From positions 43,138 to 107,137 of the forward strand of contig JAZQAE010000023.1 in the NCBI GenBank assembly GCA_045544995.1: a stretch of 64,000 nucleotides of DNA. The letters run 5' to 3'. Numbering within the stretch: position 1 is the stretch's first letter; every line of letters begins with the position of its first letter. A model generated the notes under the pieces. That model searched no databases, was not told the origin of the DNA, and saw only the letters and a list, made by a program, of their open reading frames with translations. The DNA is from Eubacteriales bacterium (GTDB lineage Bacteria; Bacillota; Clostridia; Oscillospirales; QAKW01). Shown piece after piece: positions 46,898-57,179 of the stretch. The translations under genes were made by a program, and so were the position numbers.

Positions 46898-48754
46898 ATG
46901 GACAATATTTTAAAACGGATACAATCTCCCCGTGATATTCAAAATTTAGATTACTCGGAATTATCGGTTTTGGCAGATGAGATCCGCACTTGTCTTATTG
47001 AGAATGTTTCACACACCGGTGGTCATTTGGCGAGTAACTTGGGTGTTGTGGAATTAACCATGGCCCTTCATCGTACCTTTGATTCACCCAAAGATCAGAT
47101 CATATTTGATGTGGGACATCAGTGCTATGTTCACAAATTAATTACCGGTCGTTACGAGCAATTTCAGTCTCTGCGTCAAGAAGGCGGTCTCTCCGGTTTT
47201 CCAAGCCCTTCGGAGAGCGAGCACGATATTCTTAAGACCGGTCACAGTTCCACGGCAATTTCTTCCGCCGTTGGGCTTTTGAAAGCCTTTGAATTAAAAG
47301 GCGAAACAGACCGTCACGTGATTGCTGTTGTGGGCGACGGTGCTATGACCGGCGGATTGTCTTATGAGGGGCTGAATAACGGTGGCAGAATGAGTGGAAA
47401 TTTAATCGTTGTTTTGAACGATAACGACATGAGCATCTCTGCAAACGTGGGATCTTTGGCTACCTATCTTTCTAAAATTAGAACCAGACAAGGGTATTTT
47501 CGTTTTAAAGATTGGTTGAGCAGTGTGACGATGGGCACCCCGCTTATTGGGAAATCATTTTATCGTTTTTTTCAAAAATGTAAAAATGCCCTGAAATCCG
47601 TGTTTTATCAAGGAAATATATTTGAACATATGGGGTTTGCTTACCTTGGCCCGGTCGACGGGCATAATCAACGGGCGTTAGAACGGGTCTTAGCGCGTGC
47701 AAAAGATCTTCAAAAACCATGTTTGGTTCATGTGAAAACCATCAAAGGGAAGGGTTATTCCTATGCAGAAAATCAACCAACTGATTTTCACGGTCTGAGT
47801 TCCTTTGTGGTGGAAACGGGGGAACACGGCAAAAAAGTCAAACCCGATTTTTCGGACATTTTCGGACAAGAGCTCTGCGCCTTAGCTGCGGAGGATCAAA
47901 CGATTTGTGCCATTACGGCAGCAATGGCTCCCGGTTGTGGGTTGACGGAGTTTTCAAAGTGTTATCCGGAACGCTTTTTTGATGTTGGAATTGCAGAGCA
48001 ACATGCGTTGACTTTTGCAGGCGGTTTGGCTAAAAATGGAATGAAACCTGTTTTTGCTGTTTATTCTTCTTTCTTGCAACGTGGGTTTGACCAAGTTGTG
48101 CATGATCTTGCGCTACAAGATGTTCATGCGACGATCTGTATTGACCGTGCCGGAATCGTGGGAGAGGACGGTGAAACACATCAAGGTTTATTTGATATTC
48201 CTATGCTGATGCCGGTTCCTGGAATTTCTATTTATTCACCGTCTTGTTATGATGATTTGAAGGCGATTTTACGCTGTAGCATCAATGAGAAAGGCGGACT
48301 TAATGCAATTCGGTATCCTCGTGGATATGAACCGGATATGGTGTTGCCGTTCAAGCATCCGGAATTTGATGTAGAGTGGATGGGAACATCGGAGGAACTT
48401 TGCGTAGTTTCTTATGGTCGCCAAGTGGTGTCTTGCCTGAAAGGAATTCGCAAAGCCAATCAACAGGTTTCCTTTTTGAAGTTGAACCGTATCTATCCGA
48501 TTTCTGAGGATACGATACGTAAGCTTTTAAAATTCCAAAAAATCTTATTGATTGAAGAATGTTATCAAACAGGTGGTGTTGGCAGCTATTTGGGAAATCT
48601 TCTCCTGAATAATGGCTATAAAGGTCAATATCGTGCTGTGGGGATCGAAAATCAATTTATGAAATCCGGCAAGGTGGACGATTTATTAAAAGAGGCGCAC
48701 CTGGATGGTGACAGTATTGGACGGATGATTTTGAGATTTGGTGCCAAAATATGA
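46898..48754 (+). CDS. dxs: 1-deoxy-D-xylulose-5-phosphate synthase
   Basis: ..GGHLASNLGVVELT..GHSSTAISSAVG..GDGAMTGG.. Confidence 0.95.
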   Translation: MDNILKRIQSPRDIQNLDYSELSVLADEIRTCLIENVSHTGGHLASNLGVVELTMALHRTFDSPKDQIIFDVGHQCYVHKLITGRYEQFQSLRQEGGLSGFPSPSESEHDILKTGHSSTAISSAVGLLKAFELKGETDRHVIAVVGDGAMTGGLSYEGLNNGGRMSGNLIVVLNDNDMSISANVGSLATYLSKIRTRQGYFRFKDWLSSVTMGTPLIGKSFYRFFQKCKNALKSVFYQGNIFEHMGFAYLGPVDGHNQRALERVLARAKDLQKPCLVHVKTIKGKGYSYAENQPTDFHGLSSFVVETGEHGKKVKPDFSDIFGQELCALAAEDQTICAITAAMAPGCGLTEFSKCYPERFFDVGIAEQHALTFAGGLAKNGMKPVFAVYSSFLQRGFDQVVHDLALQDVHATICIDRAGIVGEDGETHQGLFDIPMLMPVPGISIYSPSCYDDLKAILRCSINEKGGLNAIRYPRGYEPDMVLPFKHPEFDVEWMGTSEELCVVSYGRQVVSCLKGIRKANQQVSFLKLNRIYPISEDTIRKLLKFQKILLIEECYQTGGVGSYLGNLLLNNGYKGQYRAVGIENQFMKSGKVDDLLKEAHLDGDSIGRMILRFGAKI

Positions 48755-49542
48755 GGTTGGATCAATATTTAGTTGTCAATCACTATTATGACAGTCGTAA
48801 CAAAGCGGCAAACGCCGTGAAGTGCGGATACTTTACAGTAAACGGAAGAAAAGTTTCAAAGCCATCTTATGAAATTACCGAGGGTGCCATTGTTGAGAAG
48901 CTGGTGGATGAGAAGGTTTACGTTGCTCGCTCTGCATATAAATTGGTTAATGCGTGTCGTGTTTTTAATTTAAATTGGCACGGATATTGTATTGCGGATC
49001 TGGGGGCCTCTACCGGCGGTTTTTGCCAGGTTCTCTTGGAAAATGATGTTCGTCGCATCTATGCGGTGGATATTGGGACTGCTCAGTTACACTCCTTGCT
49101 TCGAGACGATTCTCGTATTGTTAATATGGAACATACGAATGCACGGTATTTGAACGCTGAATCCTTCCCGGAGAAGATTGATGCAGTAACCGCTGATCTT
49201 TCTTTTATTTCTATCAAGGCGATTTTGCCGGCTATTTATCAGGTGCTAAACGTCGGTGGGGAAGCCGTGGTGCTTGTGAAACCGCAATTTGAAGCCGGAC
49301 CGCATTTCTTGAATAAGAATGGGGTTGTCAGTGATCGAAAAGTACATCGAAGAGTGTTGGAAGAAGTGGGTTCCTTTGCGGAAAGTCTTGGCTTTGGTGT
49401 ATTTGGAGTTGCTTTTAGCGGGTTGTCCGGTGAAAGCGGTAATCGAGAATATTTGCTTTATTTGAAAAAAGACATGAAGACTGCTGTAATAATTTCTGAG
49501 TCCATTCAAAAAGCAGTGATGATGGAGGAAAACTATGGATAA
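48751..49542 (+). CDS. tlyA: TlyA-family rRNA 2'-O-methyltransferase
   Basis: S4-like N-terminus (MRLDQYLV...) and an FtsJ domain (DLGASTGGF). Confidence 0.85.
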   Translation: MRLDQYLVVNHYYDSRNKAANAVKCGYFTVNGRKVSKPSYEITEGAIVEKLVDEKVYVARSAYKLVNACRVFNLNWHGYCIADLGASTGGFCQVLLENDVRRIYAVDIGTAQLHSLLRDDSRIVNMEHTNARYLNAESFPEKIDAVTADLSFISIKAILPAIYQVLNVGGEAVVLVKPQFEAGPHFLNKNGVVSDRKVHRRVLEEVGSFAESLGFGVFGVAFSGLSGESGNREYLLYLKKDMKTAVIISESIQKAVMMEENYG

Positions 49543-50389
49543 AATTGGAATTGTCGTACATCCGGCCAAGGACTGCGGCTTTGTTTATCTGAAACGTGTG
49601 ATCCAATTAATTGGTGAAGCGGGGTTTACATACGCTGTTGCTTGCATTGGTGATGAAAAAAGTGAAGAATTTGTTTTTTGCTCGATGGAGGAGTGCTTCA
49701 ATAATGCGAAATTGGTTCTGACCTTGGGCGGTGACGGTACATTGTTGAAAGCGGCGCATTACGCCAATCGTTCCGGAGTTCCGTTGTTGGGTATTAATTT
49801 GGGTCACCTGGGCTTTTTGGCTGAGATGGAGCCGAATGAGATCGACCAGCTTCCTCAAATTTTAAAGAGCACCTATGAGTGCGGCGCTCGGATGATGTTA
49901 TCTGTCAGCGTTTTGCGTGATTCCAAATGTATCATGGAGAATACTGCCCTTAATGATGCCGTCATTCGCGGGGGCAGAGGAAAGCCTGCACACATTGTGC
50001 TTGGAGATGCCAACGGTGATTTGTTGGAGTATTTTTGCGATGGGTTCATTATTGCGACGCCTACGGGCTCTACCGCTTATTCTATGAGTGCCGGTGGTCC
50101 GATATTGGAGCCGAATTCTAATTCTATCGTTGTGACACCGATCTGTCCCCATACGTTAGCGGCACGACCGGTGGTTTTTGGTGCGGCACAGCAATTGATT
50201 TATGTTCAAGTCAAGAATGCAGACTGTATCAATGCGATTCTTGAGTGTGATGGACGAAAATTCGTTGAATTACGTGATGGTGATGTGGTGTGTATCAGCC
50301 GTCATGAAACGCCGCTGCAGTTAGTGAAGTTGAAAAATAAAAGTTTCTATAAAGTATTAAATGAAAAGATCAGCCGGAGGATGTTATGA
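49535..50389 (+). CDS. nadK: NAD kinase
   Basis: TLGGDGTLL, NLGHLGFL and ATPTGSTAYS motifs. Confidence 0.95.
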   Translation: MDKIGIVVHPAKDCGFVYLKRVIQLIGEAGFTYAVACIGDEKSEEFVFCSMEECFNNAKLVLTLGGDGTLLKAAHYANRSGVPLLGINLGHLGFLAEMEPNEIDQLPQILKSTYECGARMMLSVSVLRDSKCIMENTALNDAVIRGGRGKPAHIVLGDANGDLLEYFCDGFIIATPTGSTAYSMSAGGPILEPNSNSIVVTPICPHTLAARPVVFGAAQQLIYVQVKNADCINAILECDGRKFVELRDGDVVCISRHETPLQLVKLKNKSFYKVLNEKISRRML

Positions 50390-50838
50390 AAAATTTACGC
50401 CGTGACGCCATCTTAAAAATCATTGAGGAACAGCCTGTTTTTACCCAGGAGATGTTAGTGTCTATTCTGCAGGAACAAGGGTGGAATGTGACGCAGGCAA
50501 CGGTCTCCCGGGACATTAAGGCGCTTGGTCTTCGTAAAACCTCCGACCGAAATGGTACTCGCTACGTGCGAGGTACTGCCGTAGCAGCACCTCAGCCTGC
50601 GCCCGGCCGCGCTAATTCTATTTTAAATAACGGAATCGTTGAAGTGGTGGAAGCTCAAAATTTTGTTATTGTTAAGTGTTATGCCGGCATGGCCGGTGCA
50701 GTTTGCGCTATGCTGGATAATATGCATCTGCAAGGGGTTGCCGGTTCAATTGCTGGTGACGATACGATCTTTATTTGTACACTGAATAACGAATATGCCG
50801 AGAGGGTAAAAGAAATACTTATGGGAATCAAGGGGTAA
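50386..50838 (+). CDS. argR: Arginine repressor
   Basis: ..QATVSRDIKALGL.. winged helix plus a C-terminal oligomerisation domain (GSIAGDDTIFI). Confidence 0.9.
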   Translation: MKNLRRDAILKIIEEQPVFTQEMLVSILQEQGWNVTQATVSRDIKALGLRKTSDRNGTRYVRGTAVAAPQPAPGRANSILNNGIVEVVEAQNFVIVKCYAGMAGAVCAMLDNMHLQGVAGSIAGDDTIFICTLNNEYAERVKEILMGIKG

Positions 50839-50844
50839 TTTAAG

Positions 50845-52524
50845 ATGTTGACTGCCCTTCATATTGAAAATATCGCAATCATTGATTCGCTGGATTTAGA
50901 ATTCAAATCCGGCTTTTCGGTGTTGACGGGCGAAACCGGTGCGGGCAAAAGCATCATCATTGATTCTATCCTTTTGCTGCTGGGAAACAAAGCGTCCAAA
51001 GAATTAATTCGCTCCGGCGCAGATGCCGGCATTGTTAGCGCTTGTTTTTGTAATCTGAATGCAGAGGCGCTTTCTATCCTTGATGAGAATGATTTAAAGC
51101 CGGACGAGGACGGAAATGTAACTGTATATCGTAAAATCGGTGCAGATGGCAGAAATTCGGCCAAAATCAATGGAATCAACGTTACGGTTTCGTTACTTAA
51201 GGCGTTAGGTGCGCAGATGGTCAATATACACGGTCAGCATGACGGTGTATTATTGTTGGATAGTCAGCGCCACATTGGGTATTTGGATTCCTTTGGTCTC
51301 GTTGATAAATCAAATTATGAAAAAGCCTATACAAAAGTAAAAGACCTTCGCCAACAGTTAAACGACGTACAAATGAAAGCGGCGCAAAAAGAAAAACGCC
51401 GCAGTGAACTTATGGAATGGCTTGCTTGCTTAAATGAGTGTGCATTGCGTGAGGGTGAGCATGAAGAGTTATTACTTCGGCGTAAGAATTTGATGCAGAC
51501 CAGTGAAATTGTAGAAGGGCTTCATACCGCAGTTACTGCGATCTACGATGGCGAATTACCTGCGGCGCAATTGGCTAAGGAAGCGCTGGATGCGTTAAAA
51601 CCATTAGAAAAATTACTTCCTAATGGCGAAGATCTTTTGCGTCGGGCTACAGAGATTTCTGCTGAACTGGACGATTTGGGGGCAGATCTTGGCAAGATGT
51701 TTGATGATTATTCCGGAGATCAGATGGATCCGGATGAGATCGAACAACGACTGGACCAATTGGAGAAAATTAAGAAGAAATTTGGTCCTACGGATCAAGA
51801 TGTTCTGCAAAATCAAGCAAACTATCAAAACGAATTGGATCTGCTGGATCATAGCAATGATCATATTAAGACGTTAGAGGCGGCGTATTTTGATGCTTAC
51901 AATGAGCTGGTTCATCATGCAGAGAAATTAACCAAGCTGCGCCAAAATACTGCTAAAACAATGGAAAAACAGTTACAGGACGAATTGGCCTATTTAGATA
52001 TGCCGAAGGTTCGTTTTCAGGTTGAGATCCAAGAACGCCGTAATGATCGTGGTGGAATTCGGTATCGGCCGGACGGAAAAGACTCTGTAGAGTTTTTCCT
52101 TTCCGCTAATGCCGGGGAAGAGCCTCGTCCTTTGGCTAAAATCGCTTCCGGTGGTGAATTATCCAGAATTATGCTTTCCATGAAAGCAGTCCTGAACCAG
52201 GAATTTGATACGGTAATCTATGATGAAGTGGATACCGGTGTCTCCGGGGCGACAGCGGACAAGATCGGGAAAAAACTACAGTCCGGTTCTGATGAACGGC
52301 AGGTCTTTTGTATTACCCACTTGGCTCAAATCGCAGCTCGTGCCGATCATCATTTTAAAGTTTCCAAAACGGAAAAGGATGGAAGAGTTTGTTCTGCTGT
52401 TTATGAATTGGATCATGAACAACGGGTACATGAAATTGCCCGAATTATGGGCGGGGAAGAGCTGAGCGACACCCTTCTCCGGAGTGCGGAAGAAATCCTT
52501 ATAAATAGTAAAAATAATGATTGA
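50845..52524 (+). CDS. recN: DNA repair protein RecN
   Basis: MLTALHIENIAIID...LTGETGAGKSIIID...ASGGELSRIML. Confidence 0.95.
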   Translation: MLTALHIENIAIIDSLDLEFKSGFSVLTGETGAGKSIIIDSILLLLGNKASKELIRSGADAGIVSACFCNLNAEALSILDENDLKPDEDGNVTVYRKIGADGRNSAKINGINVTVSLLKALGAQMVNIHGQHDGVLLLDSQRHIGYLDSFGLVDKSNYEKAYTKVKDLRQQLNDVQMKAAQKEKRRSELMEWLACLNECALREGEHEELLLRRKNLMQTSEIVEGLHTAVTAIYDGELPAAQLAKEALDALKPLEKLLPNGEDLLRRATEISAELDDLGADLGKMFDDYSGDQMDPDEIEQRLDQLEKIKKKFGPTDQDVLQNQANYQNELDLLDHSNDHIKTLEAAYFDAYNELVHHAEKLTKLRQNTAKTMEKQLQDELAYLDMPKVRFQVEIQERRNDRGGIRYRPDGKDSVEFFLSANAGEEPRPLAKIASGGELSRIMLSMKAVLNQEFDTVIYDEVDTGVSGATADKIGKKLQSGSDERQVFCITHLAQIAARADHHFKVSKTEKDGRVCSAVYELDHEQRVHEIARIMGGEELSDTLLRSAEEILINSKNND

Positions 52525-52549
52525 CATTCTATTTTTGATGTGTTATAAT
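52521..52549 (+). promoter_or_regulatory. Consensus sigma-A promoter for rplU-prp-rpmA
   Basis: TTGACA-17 nt-TATAAT. The -35 hexamer overlaps the recN stop codon. Confidence 0.65.
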
Positions 52550-52555
52550 CATCGT

Positions 52556-52631
52556 TAGCCGCATATGCCAGGTCGAAAGGGAAACCTACCTGTCATAGCG
52601 AGTTTTCTATAAGAAAGTGAGGTGCTTTGTA
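52556..52631 (+). promoter_or_regulatory. Probable ribosomal protein L21 leader (autoregulatory 5' UTR)
   Basis: A structured leader of about 80 nt lies between the promoter and rplU, where Firmicutes carry the L21 leader RNA. I did not verify it against the covariance model. Confidence 0.4.
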
Positions 52632-52964
52632 ATGTACGCAATTATCGAAACTGGCGGTAAGCAATACAAAGTGCAGGAAGGCGACACTCTTTTCATCGAG
52701 AAGTTGGACGCCGAAAACGACAGTGTTGTTACCTTTGACAAGGTTGTAAGCGTTGGCGAAGGCAAGAAGCTGAAGGTGGGCAAGCCCTACGTTAAGGGCG
52801 CTACCGTTGAAGCTACCGTGCTGAAGAGCGGTAAGGAAAAGAAGATCATCGTTTATAAGATGAAACCCAAGAAGAATTACCGTAGAAAGCAGGGCCACAG
52901 ACAGCCTTATACCAAGATCCAGATCTCTGCGATCAACCCCACCGCTCCTAAGGCAGAAGCGTAA
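52632..52964 (+). CDS. rplU: 50S ribosomal protein L21
   Basis: [18 protein letters not shown]... Confidence 0.95.
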   Translation: MYAIIETGGKQYKVQEGDTLFIEKLDAENDSVVTFDKVVSVGEGKKLKVGKPYVKGATVEATVLKSGKEKKIIVYKMKPKKNYRRKQGHRQPYTKIQISAINPTAPKAEA

Positions 52965-52969
52965 CTTTT

Positions 52970-53290
52970 ATGACGGTCCTTCGGATCTATCGTAAAGGCA
53001 AGCTTTATACCGGCTTTGAATGCAGTGGCCATAGTGGATATGCTGAAGCGGGTCATGATATTGTCTGCGCAGCGATTTCTACCGGTGTTGAATTCTGCAT
53101 CAATTGCGGTGAAAGAATTGATCAGGTGCCTCTTCAACTTACAGTTGACCAAGAGAATGCTTTGATCAAATGTGTATGCCCGAAACCTAATGCATCATTT
53201 TCGAAACATATCGAAATCTTGATTGAGTTGGGGCAAAGCATTGCACAAGAGTATGCAATGTATTTTAACCTTGAAATAATGGAGGTGTAA
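52970..53290 (+). CDS. prp: Ribosomal-processing cysteine protease Prp
   Basis: GHSGYAEAGHDIVCAAIS catalytic His/Cys region. Located between rplU and rpmA. Confidence 0.9.
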   Translation: MTVLRIYRKGKLYTGFECSGHSGYAEAGHDIVCAAISTGVEFCINCGERIDQVPLQLTVDQENALIKCVCPKPNASFSKHIEILIELGQSIAQEYAMYFNLEIMEV

Positions 53291-53293
53291 CAA

Positions 53294-53572
53294 ATGTTGT
53301 TTAATATTCAGTTTTTTGCGCATAAAAAAGGTATGGGCTCTACCAAGAACGGCAGAGACTCCGAATCCAAGCGTCTGGGCGTAAAAAGAGCTGACGGTCA
53401 GTTCGTTCTGGCCGGTAACGTTCTGGTTACCCAGAGAGGGACTAAGATCCATCCCGGTAACAATGTCGGCCGTGGTTCTAACGATACCCTGTTCGCTCTG
53501 ATTGACGGCAAGGTGAAGTTTGAGCGTGTCGGTCGTGACAGAAAAAAGGTTTCTGTTTACGCTGAAGAGTAA
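53294..53572 (+). CDS. rpmA: 50S ribosomal protein L27 (with the Prp-cleaved N-terminal extension)
   Basis: MLFNIQFFA|[14 protein letters not shown]... Confidence 0.95.
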   Translation: MLFNIQFFAHKKGMGSTKNGRDSESKRLGVKRADGQFVLAGNVLVTQRGTKIHPGNNVGRGSNDTLFALIDGKVKFERVGRDRKKVSVYAEE

Positions 53573-53580
53573 AAACCTTA

Positions 53581-53610
53581 AAAATCCCGGATCCTATCCG
53601 GGATTTTTTT
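53581..53610 (+). terminator. Intrinsic terminator after rpmA
   Basis: ATCCCGGAT-CCT-ATCCGGGAT followed by T7. Confidence 0.8.
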
Positions 53611-53640
53611 GTGTATCGAATTTGAAAGGAGGACAAGCCC

Positions 53641-54909
53641 ATGTTTGTTGATGTGGCGAAAATTTGGATTAAAGCCGGTAAAGGCGGGGACGGTGCCGTT
53701 GCTTTTCACCGGGAAAAGTATGTCAATGCGGGCGGTCCCGATGGCGGTGACGGCGGTAAAGGTGGAGATATTATCTTTAAAGCCGACCGCAATTTAAATA
53801 CGTTGATGGATTTTCGCTATAAGCGAAAATATGTGGCGGAGAATGGCAAAAACGGCGGCACAAATCAATGTACCGGTGCCGGTGCTCCTCCGCTGATTAT
53901 TAAAGTTCCGGTTGGTACTCTGATTAAGGACGCTGAAACCGGTCTGTTGATGAAGGACCTTTCTGATGAGGAGTGTTTTGTCGCAGCCAAGGGCGGCAGA
54001 GGGGGATGGGGCAATCAGCATTTTGCCACCTCTACTCGCCAGATTCCTCGTTTTGCAAAGCCTGGGCAACCCGGTGAAGAGTTTCATATCCAATTGGAAC
54101 TGAAATTAATTGCCGACGTAGGTTTGGTTGGATTTCCAAACGTGGGAAAATCCACCTTTTTATCTGTTGTTTCCTCTGCAAGACCCAAGATTGCGAACTA
54201 TCATTTTACCACGATGACCCCGAATCTCGGTGTGGTCGACCGTTTTGGAAATGGTTTTGTTATCGCCGATATTCCCGGTATTATTGAAGGGGCTGCTGGA
54301 GGCGCTGGTCTTGGTACGGCCTTTCTTCGTCACGTAGAACGCTGCAGAATGCTCTTGCATTTAGTAGACGTGGCGGGAAGTGAGGGGCGTGATCCTATTG
54401 AGGACTTTGAAATCATAAACAAGGAACTTCAGGAGTATTCCCCTACGCTTGCCGCGCTTCCTCAGATTGTAGTTGCAAATAAATGCGATGCGGTTTATGA
54501 CGAGGAATTGAAAGATCGCTTTATTAAACATGTGGAAAAACAAGGTTATCCGGTGTTTTGTATTTCGGCGGCAACGAAAGAAGGCTTGGATCCTTTGTTG
54601 GCTAAGACTGGCGAACTGCTTGAAACCCTGCCTAAGGTGAAGGTATTTGAAAGCGAATTCGTACGCACTCCCGTTCAAACCGAAAAGGATAAATCCTTTA
54701 CAGTTCGAAAAGAAAATCAGACCTATGTTGTTGAAGGTGAGTGGCTATATAAGATCATTGATACCATTCATTTTGATGATTATGAGTCGCTCAACTTTTT
54801 CCAGCGTGTCTTGCAAAGCAATGGCATTATTGAAAGGTTGGAAGAAATGGGAATTCAAGAGGGCGAACCGGTTCGCATTGGGGATCTGGAGTTCGATTAT
54901 ATTAGATAA
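53641..54909 (+). CDS. obg: GTPase Obg
   Basis: MFVDVAKIWIKAGKGGDGAVAFHREKY..., GFPNVGKST, and a C-terminal OCT domain. Confidence 0.95.
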   Translation: MFVDVAKIWIKAGKGGDGAVAFHREKYVNAGGPDGGDGGKGGDIIFKADRNLNTLMDFRYKRKYVAENGKNGGTNQCTGAGAPPLIIKVPVGTLIKDAETGLLMKDLSDEECFVAAKGGRGGWGNQHFATSTRQIPRFAKPGQPGEEFHIQLELKLIADVGLVGFPNVGKSTFLSVVSSARPKIANYHFTTMTPNLGVVDRFGNGFVIADIPGIIEGAAGGAGLGTAFLRHVERCRMLLHLVDVAGSEGRDPIEDFEIINKELQEYSPTLAALPQIVVANKCDAVYDEELKDRFIKHVEKQGYPVFCISAATKEGLDPLLAKTGELLETLPKVKVFESEFVRTPVQTEKDKSFTVRKENQTYVVEGEWLYKIIDTIHFDDYESLNFFQRVLQSNGIIERLEEMGIQEGEPVRIGDLEFDYIR

Positions 54910-54911
54910 TC

Positions 54912-54945
54912 AAAAGCAGGCATTAATTTAATGCCTGCTTTTTTG
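54912..54945 (+). terminator. Intrinsic terminator after obg
   Basis: AAAAGCAGGCATT...AATGCCTGCTTTT followed by a T run. Confidence 0.8.
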
Positions 54946-54974
54946 TTGACTTTTATCCTTTAATATGTTAAAAT
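54946..54974 (+). promoter_or_regulatory. Sigma-A-type promoter for the yerC-like gene
   Basis: TTGACT-17 nt-TAAAAT. Confidence 0.5.
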
Positions 54975-55006
54975 GTGATAAATGTCAAACAAAGGAGTTC
55001 GGTACG

Positions 55007-55291
55007 ATGAATTTAAAATTGAAAGATCCCAATAGTGATCATCTTTTTGAGGCGATTTTAAAACTCAAGAACGTAGAAGAGTGTTATGATTTTTTTGAAG
55101 ATCTTTGCACCGTTTCTGAGTTTAAGGCAATGGCGCAGCGTTTTGAGGTCGCTTTTCTTTTGGCGCAAGGCGAGTCCTATCAGGATATTGTAGAAAAAAC
55201 CGGCGCATCTACAGCAACGATCAGCCGTGTTAAGCGTAGCTTGAACTATGGATCGGATGGCTATACCCGTGTTTTTGAACGGATGAAGTGA
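55007..55291 (+). CDS. yerC: YerC/YecD (TrpR-like) family protein
   Basis: ATG 55007 follows AAGGAG. ..LFEAILKLKNVEECYDFFEDLCT..E..AMAQRF......G.SY..I...TGASTATISRV. Confidence 0.85.
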   Translation: MNLKLKDPNSDHLFEAILKLKNVEECYDFFEDLCTVSEFKAMAQRFEVAFLLAQGESYQDIVEKTGASTATISRVKRSLNYGSDGYTRVFERMK

Positions 55292-55295
55292 TCCT

Positions 55296-56048
55296 ATGAA
55301 TGAATTTAATGCACTTGCGCAGTATTACGACCGTTTTGTTGGCGCAAATTATAGTAAGATCATTTCGTTCATTCATAATAAACTAAATCAATATAATATG
55401 AATGCGTCCTTAGTTTGTGATATTGGGTGTGGAAGCGGTACTGTCACTTTAGGACTCTTGTCATACGGTTATGATATGATCGGTATTGATGGCAGTACTG
55501 ATATGCTGATGGAGGCGATGGACAAAAAGGCAGAAGTTGACGGTGGAGAAAAAGCCCTTTTCCTTTGCCAACAATTGCCTGAGTTTGAGCTTTATGGCAC
55601 GGTTGATTGTATTGTTTCTACATTAGACACAGTGAATTATTTGACAAATCCGGAAGATCTTGATCGATTGTTTTACTGGTTTAGGAACTATTTAAATCCG
55701 GGCGGTGTCTTGATCTTCGATGTTAATACTTTGTATAAGTATCGATCTCTCTTGGACCAACACTGTGAGTTTTATGAAGATGATGGGGTTTTTATGGCCT
55801 GGCGCAGTCAATTTGACGGTACACTTTGTACTCATCAATTGACAGTTTTTGAAGAGACCGGCGAATTCTATGAGCGTTTGGACGAGGATCAGATACAGCG
55901 ATATTATTCTTCGGATGAACTTTGTGCATTGCTGGAAAAATATGAGTTTGAGCTTTTAGGAATAACAGATGATTATTCGGAATGTAAACCCGGCGAGAAT
56001 ACAGAACGTTTAACTTTCGTGGCAAAAAAGAAAGAGGATAAGGAATGA
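55296..56048 (+). CDS. Class I SAM-dependent methyltransferase
   Basis: VCDIGCGSGTVT motif I; 250 aa. Confidence 0.8.
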   Translation: MNEFNALAQYYDRFVGANYSKIISFIHNKLNQYNMNASLVCDIGCGSGTVTLGLLSYGYDMIGIDGSTDMLMEAMDKKAEVDGGEKALFLCQQLPEFELYGTVDCIVSTLDTVNYLTNPEDLDRLFYWFRNYLNPGGVLIFDVNTLYKYRSLLDQHCEFYEDDGVFMAWRSQFDGTLCTHQLTVFEETGEFYERLDEDQIQRYYSSDELCALLEKYEFELLGITDDYSECKPGENTERLTFVAKKKEDKE

Positions 56049-56926
56049 TAAATAAGGGAACTACCATTCTTTCAGATAACGGAATGGTTCGTGGCTATTT
56101 TTTAAATTCAAAGGAATTGGTTCAACGTGCTTTCGAATTTCATAAGACAGCTCCCGTTGTGACTGCGGCGTTGGGACGTTTGCTGACAGCATCTGTAATG
56201 ATGGGAAAGACGCTAAAAAACGCCTCTGATCTGCTTACATTGCAGATCGAGGGCGAAGGCCCGGTCAAAACACTTCTGGCTACTGCAGATCAAAATGGCA
56301 GGGTAAAAGGGTATCCCGGTGTTTCTATCATTGATATTCCATTAAAGGCAAACGGAAAATTAGATGTTAGCGGGTGCATCGGTCCCGGCTATCTCACGGT
56401 GCTGCGCGATAATGGGGAAGGAGAACCCTACGTTAGCCGTATTGAATTGGTGAGCGGCGAGATTGCCGAAGATATTACCAATTATTATGCAATCAGCGAA
56501 CAAACGCCTACAGTTTGTGCACTTGGTGTTTTAGTGGATCGTGATTATTCCGTGAAATCCTCCGGTGGCTTTATTATTCAATTATTGCCCGGCGCAGATG
56601 AAGAGACGATCTCTTCTTTGGAAAAAAATTTGAGTAACGTCTCTAATGTTTCTTCAATCTTTGAACACACTTCTAATGAACGAATTGCTGACATGATTAT
56701 GGAAAATATTCCATATCATGTAACGGAAGAATGGAATGCGGAATATTACTGTAATTGTTCAAAGGAACGTACAGAAAAGGTTCTTTTAAGTCTTAGTAAA
56801 AAGGATTTGGCTGAATTAATTCAAGAGGGCGAGCCGGTTGAATTATGCTGTAATTTCTGCGATAGTAAGTATCAATTTACTCCAAAAGATTTGGAAAAAC
56901 TGTTGTTGGAAGGAACTGAAAAATAA
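56045..56926 (+). CDS. hslO: Redox-regulated chaperone Hsp33
   Basis: C-terminal zinc switch CNCS...CCNFCDSKYQF. Confidence 0.9.
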   Translation: MINKGTTILSDNGMVRGYFLNSKELVQRAFEFHKTAPVVTAALGRLLTASVMMGKTLKNASDLLTLQIEGEGPVKTLLATADQNGRVKGYPGVSIIDIPLKANGKLDVSGCIGPGYLTVLRDNGEGEPYVSRIELVSGEIAEDITNYYAISEQTPTVCALGVLVDRDYSVKSSGGFIIQLLPGADEETISSLEKNLSNVSNVSSIFEHTSNERIADMIMENIPYHVTEEWNAEYYCNCSKERTEKVLLSLSKKDLAELIQEGEPVELCCNFCDSKYQFTPKDLEKLLLEGTEK

Positions 56927-56949
56927 ATTATATTTTTCTTGAAAAACAC

Positions 56950-56978
56950 TTGACTTTTTAATATAGATGTTGTAAAAT
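56950..56978 (+). promoter_or_regulatory. Sigma-A-type promoter for the tRNA-Asp/Phe/Cys cluster
   Basis: TTGACT-17 nt-TAAAAT. Confidence 0.55.
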
Positions 56979-57022
56979 ATCTATCGTTGCAGCGAGGAGC
57001 AGTATTGTGAGTCGCCGCACAT

Positions 57023-57099
57023 GGCCTGGTAGTTCAGTTGGTTAGAACGCTAGCCTGTCACGCTAGAGGTCGTGGGTTCGAGCCCCATCCAGGTCGCCA
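57023..57099 (+). tRNA. tRNA-Asp (anticodon GTC), CCA encoded
   Basis: GGCCTGGTAGTTCAGTTGGTTAGAACGCTAGCCTGTCACGCTAGAGGTCGTGGGTTCGAGCCCCATCCAGGTCGCCA. Confidence 0.9.
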
Positions 57100-57103
57100 A
57101 TTT

Positions 57104-57179
57104 GCCTCTGTAGCTCAGTAGGTAGAGCAGGGGACTGAAAATCCCCGTGTCGGTGGTTCGATTCCGCCCGGAGGCACCA
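57104..57179 (+). tRNA. tRNA-Phe (anticodon GAA), CCA encoded
   Basis: GCCTCTGTAGCTCAGTAGGTAGAGCAGGGGACTGAAAATCCCC...GGTTCGATTCCGCCCGGAGGCACCA. Confidence 0.9.
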